From Tubulanus polymorphus (taxonomy: Eukaryota; Animalia; Nemertea): a DNA stretch of 64,000 bases. Location of the stretch: NCBI RefSeq assembly GCF_964204645.1, contig NC_134030.1, positions 1,037,355 to 1,101,354 on the forward strand. The letters are read 5' to 3'. The notes under the pieces are model-generated. The model had not been told where the DNA came from, did no database searches, and saw only the letters and a list, made by a program, of their open reading frames with translations. Positions 59,701-64,000 of this stretch are shown here, one piece after another. Position 1 is the stretch's first letter. Every line of letters starts with the position of its first letter. The position numbers and the translations under genes were made by a program.

Positions 59701-61130
59701 TAGATGGCGCCATAAGTGTGATATTTGATTTATGGGATACCCGCAAAACCAGCTATTCCACCAGATGGCGCAACGAGTAGTAGGTCGTTCGTTGTCAAAA
59801 TTAGTTCATTTTCGATGAACTTTGAACTGGTTTGAAGAAGAAATACTTTCATTCTTCTACTCTGATATCGATTTAGTTTTCATTAATAATTGATTCATTT
59901 AAGAGAACAATTCATTCAGATTTAATTGAAATGTACAAGAAAATCGAACGCAGACGACCAACTATTTACTAGCGACACCTGGTGGATCCTCGCCTGCCAT
60001 AAGTGGAATCCTCGATTGCTACAGTAAGACTGCGGGTATCCCATTGTTTGGCGTGTGAAGTAAAGTAAAGTTAGAAAACGGATGTTTAACTTTGTTGTGA
60101 AACGAAAGCGTTTTGGAGATTTTTAAACCAATCAAATCAATATTTTGATATTACGCTTGAAACCCTTCCCACTCATATTCTACTTACTAAGTATATATTC
60201 TTGTTTCCGTGGAAATCATGGTGAGTGGCGCCATCTATACAGTGGAGTTAGCTTTATAAATCGAGCTTGCTTCGACAAGTGGCTCCATCTATTCCCTAAT
60301 ACTGAAGCGAGGTAACCAGCAGCGCCCTCATATACAGGAAATGAACGCCTATCAAGTTTAACAATGCACGGTGTATTGACCACAGCGACCGGTGATAATT
60401 ATATCAATGTTGATTAGCTATTGCCATAGACAGGTCCGTAGCGTTTGACTGGACCAGAACGGGGCCCCCTAACCAAAACAAATTTTGAAAACGTGCCCAG
60501 ATAAATTGCCTCTGGGAGATTGATTTAACGAGGTTTTGATTAAAGGAACAAATTTTAATATTTGTAAGTTTAACATTTCTGTTTTTAATTTTTCTTTGCG
60601 AGGAACTGAATTTTCGAACCCCCCCGAACCGCCTCAAGCTACGTTCCTGATATAGTGCTAGCTATACCTGAATACTTTTCTCTTATTGAAATTGTCTAAA
60701 AAACCAGCACCTTGAACTAATGAACGTCATAATGAAAATGTTTAAAAATTCAACCGTTAATGAATTTGACTAATGTATTTTTTTTATTTTCATTTCTAGC
60801 ATCAGTTTGCCTCAGAGGCAAGGTCGCCGTCGCTTAATGTAAGTATCAGTGACGCCCTCAATCTCACATGCCTCACTTCCCTCCTAATGTAACCATTTTT
60901 ATGAAATTCCTCAAGAAAATATATACTAGTAATCTTAGAATACACGTTTTTGTACCCAGACCCCTTCATTCTACTGAACTACCGTGTAATAAGTGCCTGT
61001 TGTGTTCATTTTCTGTTGCATTGATTTATATATTATTTCTATTTACAGTTGTCAAACAACAGCAGCAGCAGCAACAGCAGCAGCAGCGCACCCCTCCCGC
61101 CGGAGACGCCTCCCGACTTGCAAGCAAGAA
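56728..61130 (+). CDS. Second gene copy, exons 1-5, 3' end outside the window: join(56728..56790, 57955..58056, 58466..58504, 58881..58907, 61049..61130)
   Basis: All splice sites are intact and all indels versus copy A are multiples of 3 (Q21 vs Q17, -6 nt in exon 3, -9 nt in exon 5). Exon-0 donor at 53941. Confidence 0.82.
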
Positions 61131-61219
61131 GTAAGTTCAGTCTTCAAATACAATTTCAACGCATTCAATTTTTTGTATGGCGTTAAAACGGTTAAAGTTG
61201 TGACTAGTTTTCATAACTC

Positions 61220-64000
61220 CGTGACGTCATATTTCCATCGAGTACCGGACCCTTTCCTATGTTTTTTGCCAATTTGGATTGAATGATCGCCAGCGGTTTT
61301 TCTATACGACCCGGCTCTGCTGTATTGCATTTAGCCATCCTTTTTCTTGGCGTTTTTATAAGAAGGTGTTTGATTTTGTCTCTAAGGGATTTAGGAATTT
61401 AAGAGACACTTGTACTTTCTATGCAGTGAGTTTGTTCTGTTTTTGTTCCCTCGTGAATTTTATTTTTGTTTGAATCAAATCAAATCAGTGCATCTTTCTT
61501 GAATTGCGTGTATGTTATAATATTATGTAAGTTATAACGTTAAAATATCTGTTATATTTAAACCGAATATTTAATTGTTGTATTTTGAATGCGATAATGC
61601 CGCTCCCTGCTAAAGTCCAGCGTCGTCATCGTGAGGGATGCGGTCATCTGTTCGGGCCCTGATTACGTTCTGTGTTCATCCTGTTGGGCTACATCGGGCG
61701 TTATATGAGTTAATCCTTCCTCGACTTGCGGATTGTGGTCGGAAGATCTATGGGTTCGGGCCGATAAGTCCCGGAAACAGAAAGTACAGTTTCTGCCGAT
61801 GTGCCCATTGATGTCTCTATTTCAGAACATCACAGCGGTCGCCGGCTGTACAAGCACGGTCGGCTTCCCAACTCCTTTCTCTGAGGAGGATCGCTGGTTC
61901 TCTAGTAACGGTCAGTCACCAGTCAATCAACGGTTCAGCTGGTTCAGTTTCCCAGGTATCGGCGCGCGACAGTCGGGATACCTGCACAGGAACTCAGGTC
62001 CGGTCCGGGCTACTCCGAGCACCGGTCCGGTCCAGGCCTCACTGGGTAATGAACATCTGGTCCGGTCCGGTCCAGGCATCACCAGATACTGAACATCCTG
62101 TCCAGTCAGCTCCGTGCACCGGTCCGGTCCAGGCATCACCGGGTACTGAACATCTGGTCCGGTAGCTTCGAGAACTGGTCCGGTCTAGGCATCACCGGAT
62201 ACTGAACATCCTGTCCGGTCAGCTCCGTGCACCGGTCCGGTCCAGGCATCACCGGATACTGAACATCTGGTCCGGTCAGCTTTGAGAACCGGTCCAGGCA
62301 TCACTGGGTACTGAACATCTGGTCCGGTAGCTTCGAGAACTGGTCCGGTCCAGGCATCACTGGGTACTGAACATCTGGTCCGGTAGCTTCGAGAACTGGC
62401 CTGGTCCAGGCATCACCGGGTACTGAACATCTGGTCCGGTCAGCTCTGTGCACCGGTCCGGTCCAGGCATCACCAGTTACTGGTCCGGTCCGGGCAGCTT
62501 TGAGCACCAGTCCATTCCAGGCATCACTGAGTACTGAACATCCAGTCTGGTCCGGTCCAGGCAACACCGGGTACTGATCATCCAGTCCGGTCCGGTCCAG
62601 GCATCACTGGGTACTGAACATCTGCTCCGGTAGCTTCGAGAACTGGTCCGGTCCAGGCATCACCGGGTACTGAACATCTGGTCCGGTAGCTTCGAGAACT
62701 GGTCCGGTCCAGGCATCACCGGGTACTGAACATCTGGTCCGGTAGCTTCGAGAACTGGTCCGGTCCAGGCATCACCGGGTACTGAACATCTGGTCCGGTA
62801 GCTTCGAGAACTGGTCCGGTCCAGGCATCACTGAGTACTGAACATCCAGTCTGGTCCGGTCCAGGCATCACCGGGTACTGATCATCCGGTCCGGTCCGGT
62901 CCAGGCATCACCGGGTACTGAACATCCAGTCTGGTCCGGTCCAGGCATCACCAGTTACTGAACATCCAGTCCGGTCCGGTCCAGGCATCACTGGGTACTG
63001 AACATCCAGTCCGGTCCGGTCCAGGCATCACCGGGTTCTGATCATCCAGTCCGGTCCGGTCCAGGCATCACCGGGTACTGAACATCCAGTCCGGTCCGGT
63101 CCAGGCATCACTGGGTACTGAACATCCAGTCCGGTCCGGTCCAGGCATCACTGGGTACTGAACATCCACTCTGGTCCGGTCCAGGCATCACCGGGTACTG
63201 AACATCCAGTCTGGTCCGGTCCAGGCATCACTGGGTACTGAACATCCGGTCCGGTCCGGTCCGGTCCAGGCATCACCGGGTACTGAACATCCAGTCCGGT
63301 CCAGTCCAGGCATCACCGGGTACGTCGCGGTGCTTGAAAAGCTTGAAATGGCTTGAATTTGAAAAATACTACTCAAGCGCTTGAAAACAGCTTGAAAATA
63401 GATCGAAAGCTTGAAATAATTATTTTTGACTTGAAATAAAAAGATATGGCTTGAAATGCTTGATTATCACAAATTTTCTTCTTCGCGAATTTTTTTCGAT
63501 GAAATCGCAGACAGAATATGTTCTTGAGTTGTTTCTACGCGTGCGTCATGTTTTAGGCATCAATAAAGAAATTAATTGAATTGTATTGAATCGCTATGAG
63601 ACTCTTGTGGTGAAACTCTACGGTGTCTGGAGACATGAACATACGGGGAAATTTCAGTCATGCATGTTATCGAGCATTGATGTAAAATGGCATTGAAATC
63701 CCACACCAGGAGTGAGAGCCATGTTGAAGGCACCGCGACCTAGTCAAAGTCATTGAACATTACAAATTTCGTATTAGGCCATCCAAAAATCAAGGTCTGT
63801 TTGCCGTCATCCGACCGACCCGACTTCAAAGGTACCCAGTGGAAACTTTTTTCTTGGATTCATTGAAATAAATTGTATTTTTGATACAAATGGCCGACCC
63901 ACTGCCGATGTATGAGCTATGTATGTTTGAAGTTAAGTGTGCATCATGTGAAAACATGCCTCGACTATTTACTTGAAGTTTTCCAGGAAACTGGCAGTGT
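61220..64000 (+). mobile_element. Copy B of the DIRS-like 5' region with its satellite and nested DNA transposons
   Basis: Collinear with 27748-30000. Confidence 0.75.

Larger units (their letters stand above)
50408..64000 (+). repeat. Segmental duplication copy B (runs off the window end)
   Basis: Collinear with ~14660-30000. Confidence 0.95.

Overview
AT-rich animal (invertebrate-type) genomic DNA with GT-AG spliceosomal introns and dense repeats. I found no rRNA, tRNA, CRISPR array or recognisable conserved gene, and the long ORFs in the supplied track are tandem-repeat artefacts. By joining splice signals by hand I reconstructed an 8-coding-exon gene on the + strand (23290-40292, 1005 nt, 334 aa) in which all seven intron phases match. 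It has a probable non-coding first exon at ~19831-19899. The protein is low-complexity, basic and probably nuclear: basic N-terminus ending in PY, Q17, many S/T-P sites, an RxLF motif, two NLS-like clusters, and C-terminal VTRS and RLRSG motifs resembling nucleosome acidic-patch anchors. A second copy (exons 0-5) lies in a direct segmental duplication (~14660-30000 vs ~50408-64000). About 40 scrambled, partly broken copies of its exons lie on the - strand (649-16030 and 48.9-51.3 kb), many next to a 47-bp satellite. Between copies the exons differ much more than the flanking introns, mostly at synonymous sites. The 9-kb intron 5 holds a decayed DIRS-like retroelement with nested DNA transposons and satellites. 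A separate array of seven non-coding exon-like cassettes lies at 44.5-46.7 kb. All comparisons were made by eye; no database search was possible.
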